Source: Ignavibacteriales bacterium
GTDB taxonomy: Bacteria; Bacteroidota; Ignavibacteria; UBA10030; UBA6906
NCBI GenBank assembly: GCA_037441705.1
Contig: JBBIRR010000005.1
Span: 1 to 64,000 of the forward strand
Length of the DNA: 64,000 bases
Direction: 5' to 3'
A program made the position numbers and the translations under genes. The notes below the pieces were generated by a model. The model was not told where the DNA came from. It ran no database searches and saw only the letters and a list, made by a program, of their open reading frames with translations. Below are positions 39,681 to 48,520 of this stretch, piece after piece (the stretch's first letter is position 1; each line of letters opens with the position of its first letter).

Positions 39681-41954
39681 ATGACGCTGCAGAAAGCAAC
39701 TTGCATGATGCTGTTGTATTTGTTTGCATTTGTATTGGAAGCACGATCGCAAGAGGGAGGCACGATCGTTGGTGACGTTGTCGATCACGAAACGCGAAGC
39801 CCTCTTCCGGGCGCCAACGCGGCACTTGATGGGACTTCTTTGGGCGCGTCCGCGGACGCAGCAGGACGCTTTGTCATCGAAAGGATTCCTGCCGGTGCTT
39901 ATACGCTTTCCGTTTCTCTTATCGGTTATGCCAAACACACCCAGGCGGTCACGCTTGGCAGTCACGACACGCTGCGCCTTACTATTGCGCTCTCGCCCGA
40001 GGTGCCGAAGTTTGACGAAGTAACCTCGATGGGAGAACGAACCTTTTCTGCGGCGTCGTCGGAATACATGCGAGGGCTCGATTTCGAGCTTCGCCCGAAA
40101 AACTCTGCGCAGGATATGCTGAAGATGGTGGCGGGGCTTGTCATCGCGCAGCATGCTGGCGGCGGTAAAGCGGAGCAAATTTTTCTGCGCGGCTTCGACG
40201 CCGATCATGGCACAGACGTGAATCTTTCCGTCGATGGCGTTCCGGTGAACATGGTCAGCCATGGGCATGGCCAGGGGTACGCCGATTTGCATTTCGTCAT
40301 TCCTGAGGTGATCGAGGGGATGGAGGTGTACAAGGGCCCCTACTTTGCCGCATTCGGCGATCTCGCGACCGCGGGTTCGGTACGGTTGAAAACACGCGAG
40401 AGCATCGAGAATAACCTGTTGAGTTTTGAAGGAGGGAAGTTCGGGACATATCGGACGCTGGGCATGGTGCGAATACCGACGCAGTCGCTCGCGACCAGCG
40501 CGTACGCTGCCGGCGAGTTCTACCACACCGATGGTTATTTCGACACGCGAATTGATTTGAACAGATATAATGTGTTCGGCAAGCTCGTCTCCGCGACGGG
40601 CGAGAACGGGAAACTCTCGGTGTGGGCGTCCGGGTTCGGTTCACAATGGAATGCAACAGGACAGATTCCGCAACGTGCGGTCGAAGCGGGTCTCATCAGC
40701 CGCTTTGGTTCGATTGATCCGAGTGAAGGAGGCAAAACCGAACGGTTCAATCTGCATCTCGGTCATCTTCTCACGCTGGACGGCCGGTCCACGCTTCACG
40801 CCCAGGTGTTTGCTTCGCGCTACCAATTTCGTCTCTACTCCAACTTCACCTTCTTTGCCGTTGATTCCGTCAATGGCGACGGGATCGAACAGCAGGATGA
40901 TCGCTTTCTGTTTGGCGGGCAAGCGGAATACACCCGTCAGCACTCATTGGGCGATCTGCCTGCGATCGGGACGATCGGGGCGAGCGTGCGAGCCGACGTG
41001 ATTGACGTACAACTGTTTCACCAACGGCAACGTGAACGTCTCGCTACGGAAGCGGATGCGCTCATCCATCAAAACACACTCTCGCTCTTCGCGCAAGAAG
41101 AACTTCACCTGAGCAACAGGATACGCATGCAACTTGGTGTGCGCGCGGATTTCTTCTCCTTCGATGTGGAAGATCGGCTTGCTGCGGTGCCGGGTCACGA
41201 GCCTGCAGTCGTGCGCAGAGCTGTTGTGACACCAAAGCTGAACACCGTTTTTTCGGCCGATCAGTCGCTTGACGTGTATGTGAACTTCGGCGGCGGGTTT
41301 CACTCCAACGACGCACGTGCTGTTGTTGCGGGAAGGGCCGAGCGCACGCTTCCGCGTGCATGGGGCGCTGAGCTTGGCGTACGCTTCACACCCGCGCCGC
41401 GGACGAGCTTCGCCGTAGCAGTGTGGGGACTTGACCTGCAGAACGAACTGGTTTATGTAGGTGATGAAGGAACAACCGAAATCAGCGGCGCGACGCGCCG
41501 CATCGGGCTTGACGGTGAGGCTCGGGCGCAGCTTACGTCGTGGCTGTTCGCAGACGTCGACCTGACGCTGGCGCGCGGCCGGTTCCGCGATCTTCCTGCA
41601 GGGGCAGACTACATCCCGCTCGCCCCAACGTTGACGGCGAACGCGGGACTCACCGCACGGCATGAGAACGGATTCGAAGGGAGCCTGCGGCTGCGCCATA
41701 TAAGCAGCAGGCCTGCGAACGAAGACAACACCGTCACGGCACTCGGATACACAGTCTTCGATGCCTCGGTTGCGTATCGCTTTGCGGCGTATCGTCTGCA
41801 GGTAACCGCAGAGAATCTCTTCAATGTCCGATGGAACGAGGCGCAATTCGATACAGAGTCGCGGCTTCGCGGCGAAACAGCACCGATCTCGGAGCTGCAC
41901 TTTACCCCGGGCACACCGTTCAACCTCAAGCTCAAGGCTGAGGTCAGCTTCTAA
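39681..41954 (+). CDS. TonB-dependent receptor (His-rich plug subfamily)
   Basis: Signal, carboxypeptidase-regulatory-like domain, QHAGGGKAEQIFLRGFDADHGTD, NMVSHGHGQGYAD, GFHSNDAR, ENLFN, terminal Phe. Confidence 0.92.
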   Translation: MTLQKATCMMLLYLFAFVLEARSQEGGTIVGDVVDHETRSPLPGANAALDGTSLGASADAAGRFVIERIPAGAYTLSVSLIGYAKHTQAVTLGSHDTLRLTIALSPEVPKFDEVTSMGERTFSAASSEYMRGLDFELRPKNSAQDMLKMVAGLVIAQHAGGGKAEQIFLRGFDADHGTDVNLSVDGVPVNMVSHGHGQGYADLHFVIPEVIEGMEVYKGPYFAAFGDLATAGSVRLKTRESIENNLLSFEGGKFGTYRTLGMVRIPTQSLATSAYAAGEFYHTDGYFDTRIDLNRYNVFGKLVSATGENGKLSVWASGFGSQWNATGQIPQRAVEAGLISRFGSIDPSEGGKTERFNLHLGHLLTLDGRSTLHAQVFASRYQFRLYSNFTFFAVDSVNGDGIEQQDDRFLFGGQAEYTRQHSLGDLPAIGTIGASVRADVIDVQLFHQRQRERLATEADALIHQNTLSLFAQEELHLSNRIRMQLGVRADFFSFDVEDRLAAVPGHEPAVVRRAVVTPKLNTVFSADQSLDVYVNFGGGFHSNDARAVVAGRAERTLPRAWGAELGVRFTPAPRTSFAVAVWGLDLQNELVYVGDEGTTEISGATRRIGLDGEARAQLTSWLFADVDLTLARGRFRDLPAGADYIPLAPTLTANAGLTARHENGFEGSLRLRHISSRPANEDNTVTALGYTVFDASVAYRFAAYRLQVTAENLFNVRWNEAQFDTESRLRGETAPISELHFTPGTPFNLKLKAEVSF

Positions 41955-42078
41955 CGCTTGCTTTCTGCCATCAAGGAAGCGAAAGCAATATTCCCGGACA
42001 TTTAGTATTTTCTGGAGGCACTCAGCCGGTCGTGCCTTCAACGTGTACGGAGTTCCCCAACCGTTCTCGTGACAAGCC

Positions 42079-43617
42079 ATGCTCTCAAAGACTCTCTCCT
42101 GCGCAACGTACGGCGTCAACGCCTACCTCGTCGAAGTTGAGACACACATTGAGAAAATGATACCCGGCTTCGCGATTGTCGGCTTGCCGGACAATGCGGT
42201 GAAGGAAAGCCGCGAGCGCATCACCGCCTCGATCCGTAACTCGAGCCTTACGTTTCCGAAGACGAAAATCACGATCAATTTAGCCCCCGCCGATATCAAG
42301 AAGGAGGGTTCGTCGTACGACCTGCCGATGGCGATCGGGATTCTTGCCGCGACCAATCAGGTTGAGCCCGACGTGCTGGAGGAGTTCGCCATCGTCGGAG
42401 AGTTGGCGTTGGACGGCTCGCTGCGCGCGGTGCACGGGGTGCTGCCGATGGCGCTGGAGGTGCGGCGCAGGAAACTGCGCGGGATGATCGTGCCGAAAGA
42501 GAACGGCAAAGAAGCGGCGCTGGTCGCAGGCGTACAGGTCTTTCCGATGTCATCCCTCAACGAAACGGTCGAGTTTCTCAATGCCGATCACCGATTGCTC
42601 GCTCCGCTGCAGGTCGACGTCAATGAATTGTTCATGCGCGATCAGCACTACACCTCCGATTTCGCGGACGTGAAAGGTCAGGAGAACGTCAAGCGGGCGC
42701 TCGAAGTTGCTGCCGCGGGAGCGCACAACATCATCATGATCGGCCCGCCCGGCTCCGGCAAAACGATGCTTGCCAAACGACTTCCAAGCATCCTTCCCCC
42801 CATGACGTTCGAGGAGGCATTGGAAACAACGAAGATCCACTCCGTTGCCGGTCTGCTTCCACCCGACACTGCGTTGGTAGCGACGCGCCCGTTTCGCTCA
42901 CCGCACCACACAATTTCCGATGCCGCTCTTGTAGGCGGTGGAACCGTTCCGCGGCCCGGTGAGATTTCCCTGTCGCATCATGGCGTGCTGTTCCTGGATG
43001 AGCTGCCGGAGTTCGCCCGCAATGTTCTCGAAGTGCTGCGCCAGCCGCTCGAAGATGGACACGTTACCATCAGCCGCTCGAAACTCTCGGTCGATTATCC
43101 TGCCAACTTCATGCTCGTCTGTGCAATGAATCCCTGTCCGTGCGGTTACTACACGGATCCGACAAAAGAATGCACGTGCACGCCGCCGATGATCCAGAAG
43201 TACATGGCGAAGATTTCTGGTCCCCTTATGGATCGAATCGACCTGCACATTGAAGTGCCTGCGGTGAAGTACAAGGAGCTTTCCAGCAAGGAAGGTGGGG
43301 AGAGTTCCGAGCAGATTCGAGCGCGGGTGACCGAAGCGCGGGAGATTCAGCGCAAGCGCTTTGCGGGCCGCAAGGGACTCTTTGCCAATGCCGACATGCA
43401 GTCGAAAGACATTCGGGAGTTTTGCAAGATCGATGCGCAAGGGGAAGAGTTGCTGAAGATGGCGATCACCAAGCTCGGGTTGTCGGCGCGGGCGTACGAC
43501 CGCATTCTGAAAGTCGGCCGAACCATTGCCGACCTGGCGCACAGCAGTGAGATTCGGCCCGAGCATTTGAGCGAAGCGATTCAGTACCGAAGTCTCGACC
43601 GCACGATGATTTCGTGA
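42079..43617 (+). CDS. comM: ComM/YifB Mg-chelatase-like AAA+ ATPase
   Basis: [68 protein letters not shown]. Confidence 0.93.
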   Translation: MLSKTLSCATYGVNAYLVEVETHIEKMIPGFAIVGLPDNAVKESRERITASIRNSSLTFPKTKITINLAPADIKKEGSSYDLPMAIGILAATNQVEPDVLEEFAIVGELALDGSLRAVHGVLPMALEVRRRKLRGMIVPKENGKEAALVAGVQVFPMSSLNETVEFLNADHRLLAPLQVDVNELFMRDQHYTSDFADVKGQENVKRALEVAAAGAHNIIMIGPPGSGKTMLAKRLPSILPPMTFEEALETTKIHSVAGLLPPDTALVATRPFRSPHHTISDAALVGGGTVPRPGEISLSHHGVLFLDELPEFARNVLEVLRQPLEDGHVTISRSKLSVDYPANFMLVCAMNPCPCGYYTDPTKECTCTPPMIQKYMAKISGPLMDRIDLHIEVPAVKYKELSSKEGGESSEQIRARVTEAREIQRKRFAGRKGLFANADMQSKDIREFCKIDAQGEELLKMAITKLGLSARAYDRILKVGRTIADLAHSSEIRPEHLSEAIQYRSLDRTMIS

Positions 43618-43791
43618 TGCACTCCACGATGGTCAGAAGGCGGTTGGGTGACTCGTGCCGGCCAGCGCACACCTGAGGTGACAACCCGGCTTCACGTTGT
43701 TCACCGACCGTTGATTCTTGGCGCGATCCAAACGATATTGCAACAGGCACTTCAGAAGATCAACACCTCTGCCGTTTCGATTGCTCTCATC

Positions 43792-44196
43792 ATGGGACAA
43801 CAACAGATTGTTATCCTGATTCTTGCCGTCTGTATTGCGGGAATTGCCCTCTCGGCGTATGCGATTGTGCATGACGGAGACGTGGACTATCGTACCGCGA
43901 TGGCGAACGATCTCCGGCAACTTGCGGTGTCAGCGCAGAACTATCGCACGCGATCGTTCGATGAGGGGGGCGGTGATGGTACGTTCATCGGTTTGACGGC
44001 CACGCCCCAAGGATTTGAACGACTGGCCGGCAGCATGACTCGACCCTATGCGCGCTACTTCATCTCACGCAGCGGCAACACACGATCGGTGGAAGTGACC
44101 GCCGTTGGCCTCCATCCCGGCAACGATCCACGGAAGCCGACAAGGATGGTGATGACGGTGTTTGCAGGATCGACAGCAATTCGCGTGGTGAACTGA
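43792..44196 (+). CDS. Small single-TM pilin-like protein (MGQQQ N-terminus)
   Basis: MGQQQ followed directly by about 20 hydrophobic residues and a helix-continuing segment (MANDLRQLAVSAQNYR...GGGDGTF). The start at 43792 is inferred. Confidence 0.6.
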   Translation: MGQQQIVILILAVCIAGIALSAYAIVHDGDVDYRTAMANDLRQLAVSAQNYRTRSFDEGGGDGTFIGLTATPQGFERLAGSMTRPYARYFISRSGNTRSVEVTAVGLHPGNDPRKPTRMVMTVFAGSTAIRVVN

Positions 44197-44368
44197 AGAC
44201 GTCGTTCCACCGCGACGTCGGACGTAGCGTTGTTTGTTGTTCCCTCCCGAACGTGATGTACCTTCGTTCACGCTGACATCCGAAGCCCCGAACCACCGTT
44301 TGAATGTCCTCGACCTTTTCCTTACCTTGTGAGCGATTTTTCAATCAGATTCAGTACAAGGAAGGTTC

Positions 44369-45379
44369 ATGCATAGAGTAACACTTATTCCCGGCGACGG
44401 GATTGGTCCCAGTATTGCCGAAGCGACCGTCAGGGTGATCGAAGCGGCGGGGGTGAAGATACAATGGGAGACGGTAGAAGCCGGGATGGCGGCGATCGAT
44501 AAGTATCGTGATCCGCTTCCGCCCAATGTGTTGGAGTCCATCAGTGCGAACAAGGTAGCGCTCAAAGGCCCGCTGACAACGCCGGTGGGGTCGGGATTTC
44601 GCAGCGTAAATGTCGCGCTGCGCAAAGAGTTTGACCTGTACGCCAACGTGCGCCCCGCGCGTTCATTCGAGGGCGTGCCGTCGCGCTACAGCAACATCGA
44701 CCTCGTGATCGTTCGTGAAAACACGGAGGAATTTTACGCAGGCATCGAGCACTACATCGATCCATCCCGCAGCGCGGCAGAAACCATCGGCATCGTGACC
44801 CGCTCAGGCTCCGAACGCATCATCCGGTATGCATTCGAGTACGCCCGCAAGCACGGCCGGAAGAAAGTCACCACCGTGCACAAGGCGAACATCCTCAAGT
44901 ACACTGGTGGATTGTTTCTGGAAGTTGCGCGCGACATCGCGCGGCAGTATCCCGACATCGAATCGAACGACAGGATCATCGACAATATGGCGATGCAGAT
45001 GGTGATCAATCCGTATCAATTCGATGTCATCGTCACGACCAATCTCTTTGGCGATATCCTGTCGGATCTTGCTTCGGGGCTGGTGGGAGGGTTGGGCCTG
45101 GCGCCGGGGGCGAACATCGGGTACAACGCTGCCATTTTCGAAGCGGTGCACGGCAGCGCGCCGGATATCGCCGGAAAGAATCTTGCGAACCCGTGCGCTC
45201 TGATTCTTGCCGGTGTGATGATGCTGCGCCATCTCGGTGAAGAGGCCGCTGCCGATCGCATCGAGCAGGCGGTTGCCGAAGTGCTGCGCGAGGGGAAGAG
45301 TGTAACGAAGGACCTGAAAGCAGAAGGCTATGTCGGAACCACGGAGATGACAGACGCCATCATTGCCAAACTCAAGTGA
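44369..45379 (+). CDS. icd: Isocitrate/isopropylmalate dehydrogenase family, likely NAD-dependent IDH
   Basis: IPGDGIG, KGPLTTPVGSGFRSVNVALRK, RENTE, VHKANI, NLFGDILSD, FEAVHGSAPDIAG. Confidence 0.8.
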   Translation: MHRVTLIPGDGIGPSIAEATVRVIEAAGVKIQWETVEAGMAAIDKYRDPLPPNVLESISANKVALKGPLTTPVGSGFRSVNVALRKEFDLYANVRPARSFEGVPSRYSNIDLVIVRENTEEFYAGIEHYIDPSRSAAETIGIVTRSGSERIIRYAFEYARKHGRKKVTTVHKANILKYTGGLFLEVARDIARQYPDIESNDRIIDNMAMQMVINPYQFDVIVTTNLFGDILSDLASGLVGGLGLAPGANIGYNAAIFEAVHGSAPDIAGKNLANPCALILAGVMMLRHLGEEAAADRIEQAVAEVLREGKSVTKDLKAEGYVGTTEMTDAIIAKLK

Positions 45380-45389
45380 CGCGATGAAC

Positions 45390-45416
45390 GTGGAGTGCTC
45401 GCGCCGAGCACTCCAC
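45390..45416. terminator. Perfect 11-bp hairpin between convergent genes (terminator or REP-like)
   Basis: GTGGAGTGCTC-GCGCC-GAGCACTCCAC; no U-tract. Confidence 0.55.
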
Positions 45417-45432
45417 CACGCTCACCCGCTAG

Positions 45433-46875
45433 TCACTGTGTCAAGCGATTGCCGTCGGCGTCGCTCATAACGAGCTTGCCGATATTCAATTTCTCCAATC
45501 CCGCCCGAACCGTTTTTGCATCTCCCACGACCACAACGATCATTCTGGATGAGTCTAGGTAATCGGCTGCGACACGACTCACGTCGTCGAGCGTGACGTT
45601 GTTGATGTTGCGGAGGTAGGAGTTGAAGTAGTCCATCGGCAGATTGTACAGCACAATGGATTGCAGCGCGGACGCAATCTGCGCCGGCGTTTCGAATGTC
45701 CGTGCAAACGATCCGGTCAGACTCTTCTTCGCAAATTCCAGTTCCTCAGGCGTGACCCCCAACCGCTGCATCCGTTCGATTTCGTAGAAGAATTCGAACA
45801 CCGCGCTGTCGGTTTTCGACGTCGTAACGGCAGCGCTGGCGAGGAACGGACCGGGGTACTTGTTGAACGAAAAACTTGATCGTGCGCCATACGTGAAGCC
45901 GCGGCGTTCGCGGAGATTCATGTTCAGTCTGCTGCTGAATTGACCGCCTAACACCGTGTTCATCACGGTCAGCGGGAAGAAGTCCGGTGTGTTGCGCGCC
46001 GTTCCGATGGTGCCGATGCGTACTTCCGATTGTGGAGCGCCCGGCTTGTCGATCAAGAGTGCCTGGCGAAATGACGGAGGCGGAGGAGTGAGAGGAACCT
46101 TCGGAATCTCGGCGCGCTGCCAGGGTGCGAGCAGACGGTCGAGTTTCGCGACAATGTCGCTCAGCGCTACATCGCCGACGACGATGAGAGTGGCGTTGTT
46201 CGGGCGATAGTACGTGCGGTAGAACTGCGCAACGTCTTCGCGCTTCATTGCCTTCAGCGATCCTTCGGTGCCGGAAGGATTCAGTCCGTATGGATGTTTT
46301 GTTCCATACAACACCCTGGAGAATGTCAGCGAGGCAATCACCGCCGGCCGATCTTTTTGCTGAAGCAGCGAGGTGATGCGCTGTTGTCGCAATCGTTCGA
46401 ATTCTTTTTCGGGGAAAGTAGGATTGATCAGAACGTCGGCAAAGACATCGAGTGCCGTGTCGAGATGTTTTGTCAGCGTGTTCAACGCAACGGAGGAACC
46501 ATCAGTAAAGGCATTGATCGAAAGCGTTGCACCGATGAAATCCAGCGCTTCCGCAATCTGCAGAGCGCTCCGCGACGACGTACCTTCGTCGAGCATCTCG
46601 GCGGTCATCGAAGCCAATCCCGGCTGATCGAGCGGGTCGTGATCGGTTCCCGACTGCACCACCAGATTGCACGCGACAAGAGGCAGCTCGTGATCTTCAA
46701 CGAGCCAGACATCGAGGCCGTTCTTGAGCGTCGCCTTCTGTATGGCTGGCAGCTTGATGGCAGGAACACCCTGCGCTTTCGGCTTGATGGTGCGATCGAG
46801 ATCCTGGGTAAATGCTGTCATCACAACTCCGATACTGAACGATAATGTTGCAATCACGTGGATGGAGAAGTTCAT
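45433..46875 (-). CDS. M16B peptidase, non-catalytic subunit
   Basis: LKNGL, GLASMTAEMLDEGT (HxxEH lost), LGGQFSSRLNMNLRERRGFTYG. Confidence 0.88.
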   Translation of the reverse strand: MNFSIHVIATLSFSIGVVMTAFTQDLDRTIKPKAQGVPAIKLPAIQKATLKNGLDVWLVEDHELPLVACNLVVQSGTDHDPLDQPGLASMTAEMLDEGTSSRSALQIAEALDFIGATLSINAFTDGSSVALNTLTKHLDTALDVFADVLINPTFPEKEFERLRQQRITSLLQQKDRPAVIASLTFSRVLYGTKHPYGLNPSGTEGSLKAMKREDVAQFYRTYYRPNNATLIVVGDVALSDIVAKLDRLLAPWQRAEIPKVPLTPPPPSFRQALLIDKPGAPQSEVRIGTIGTARNTPDFFPLTVMNTVLGGQFSSRLNMNLRERRGFTYGARSSFSFNKYPGPFLASAAVTTSKTDSAVFEFFYEIERMQRLGVTPEELEFAKKSLTGSFARTFETPAQIASALQSIVLYNLPMDYFNSYLRNINNVTLDDVSRVAADYLDSSRMIVVVVGDAKTVRAGLEKLNIGKLVMSDADGNRLTQ

Positions 46876-48299
46876 TCGATGCCTCCTTTCCGCTGAATGA
46901 CCTGTTGCTCTGCAGCCAGGTTGGTCTTGCCTTCCGGAACGATACTCAGGACGACTTTCTTTCCGCCGAGTGTTTGCCTTGCAACCGAGAGCACCTCTTC
47001 GGGGGTAATGCCCTTGTACCGATCAAGCTCCTTGTTGAGGTTGTTGGGGTCGCCGGTGAAGATGTAGAACGAAGCGAGGGAGTTTGCCTTTCCCAGCACG
47101 GTCGCAAGACTGTTGATGAGGGAGGCCTCACGATTGTTCAGCGATGTCTGAATCTCCTTGTCACTCACACCTTCTTTCAGCAGCCGCTCCAGCTCATGAT
47201 TGACGAGCGATTCCATTTCAGAAAGCGTCCGGCCGGGTTTGGCGGTAACCTCAACGGCAAACTTGCTCGTCAAGAGTTGGCTCTGCTGATACACCCTCAC
47301 CGATTGTGCGACTTGTTTCTCGTACACTAACGACTTGTAGAGGCGGGAGTTCTTGCCCGAGCCGAGGATATCGGCAAGAACGTCGAGCACTGCGTCCTCG
47401 CGTGTATAGCCGCGTGCAGAGTGCCAGTGCATGTACAGGCGCGGCAGTTGCACCTTATCCTCGAAGACGAGTCGCTTCTCCTCGGTCAGTTCCACCGGCA
47501 TCGGTGTCGGGCGAGGAATGTCCGCACCGCGAGGGATGGTGCTGAAGTACTTCTTCACCCATTCCTTCACCTGGGCCGGGTCGAAATCGCCGGCAATAGC
47601 AAGCACGGCGTTATTGGGTGCATAGTAGATGCGGAAGAACTCCTTCACGTCGTCCAAGGTGGCGGCGGAGAGATCGTCCATGTATCCGATCACGGGCCAG
47701 CTGTAGGGATGCGTGTCGGGATAGAGGGCCTTGTTGATTTTCTCGTCTGCTGTGCCGTACGGCTGATTGTCGACGCGCTGGCGGCGTTCGTTCTTGACCA
47801 CATCGCGTTGATTATCCAGCTTCGCTTGCGTCATGGCAGGCAGCAGAAACCCCATCCGATCCGATTCGAGATAGAGCGCAAGCTCGAGGTGATTGCTGGG
47901 TACTACCTCGAAGTAGTTCGTCCGGTCGGCGGAGGTGGAGCCGTTGATGTTAGCGCCGATCTCCTGCAAGAGTTTGAAATGCTCATCATCTGCCACGTGT
48001 TGCGATCCTTGAAACATCATGTGCTCGAAGAGGTGAGCGAAACCGGTTCGGCCTTTCTTTTCGTTCTTCGAGCCGACATTGTACATCACCACAACCGCCG
48101 CAACAGGCGCAGAATGATCCTCGTGCAGAATAACGGTGAGACCGTTATCGAGTTTGTATTGCTCGAACTGAACCAGGGGCTGCGCGGAGCCCGTATTGCT
48201 GACAGGCATAAGTAAACATCCCATGATGAAGAAAGTCGCCAGAGTTTTCCGTAGCGATGAATCTGCTGGCGGCGATTCTGCTGAGGTATGAAATCGCAT
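46872..48299 (-). CDS. M16B zinc peptidase, catalytic subunit
   Basis: GFAHLFEHMMF (HxxEH), NGST..DRTNY, VVKNERR, YYAPNNA; GGAGG SD before the ATG at 48299. Confidence 0.92.
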   Translation of the reverse strand: MRFHTSAESPPADSSLRKTLATFFIMGCLLMPVSNTGSAQPLVQFEQYKLDNGLTVILHEDHSAPVAAVVVMYNVGSKNEKKGRTGFAHLFEHMMFQGSQHVADDEHFKLLQEIGANINGSTSADRTNYFEVVPSNHLELALYLESDRMGFLLPAMTQAKLDNQRDVVKNERRQRVDNQPYGTADEKINKALYPDTHPYSWPVIGYMDDLSAATLDDVKEFFRIYYAPNNAVLAIAGDFDPAQVKEWVKKYFSTIPRGADIPRPTPMPVELTEEKRLVFEDKVQLPRLYMHWHSARGYTREDAVLDVLADILGSGKNSRLYKSLVYEKQVAQSVRVYQQSQLLTSKFAVEVTAKPGRTLSEMESLVNHELERLLKEGVSDKEIQTSLNNREASLINSLATVLGKANSLASFYIFTGDPNNLNKELDRYKGITPEEVLSVARQTLGGKKVVLSIVPEGKTNLAAEQQVIQRKGGIE

Positions 48300-48520
48300 G
48301 TGAGGTCCTCCGAAAGATTGTTGAATGGAAAGCACTTGGCGCGGCAATAATATCTGGAAAGTCTGATCGAAATGCCATCAGCGTTCGTCGTTACGTCCCG
48401 GTCCCTTCGGCTACCGTTGATTTCGGTTCGGATTTTTTCGTAATTGACTACGGGGTTTGCTCACCGAGAGTTCCGTCCCCACCGAACATTTTTCCGATCT
48501 CTAAGCAACGGAGGCATTTC

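Noticed and set aside
37891-41954. Lasso peptide cluster (AsnB-like + TBDR + peptidase)
   Set aside because: No precursor, transglutaminase-like B protein or RRE is visible; kept only as a weak finding.
43648-43791. N-terminal extension of the pilin-like ORF and a possible sigma54 site
   Set aside because: The extension looks non-coding, and no GG-N10-GC motif with proper flanks was found.
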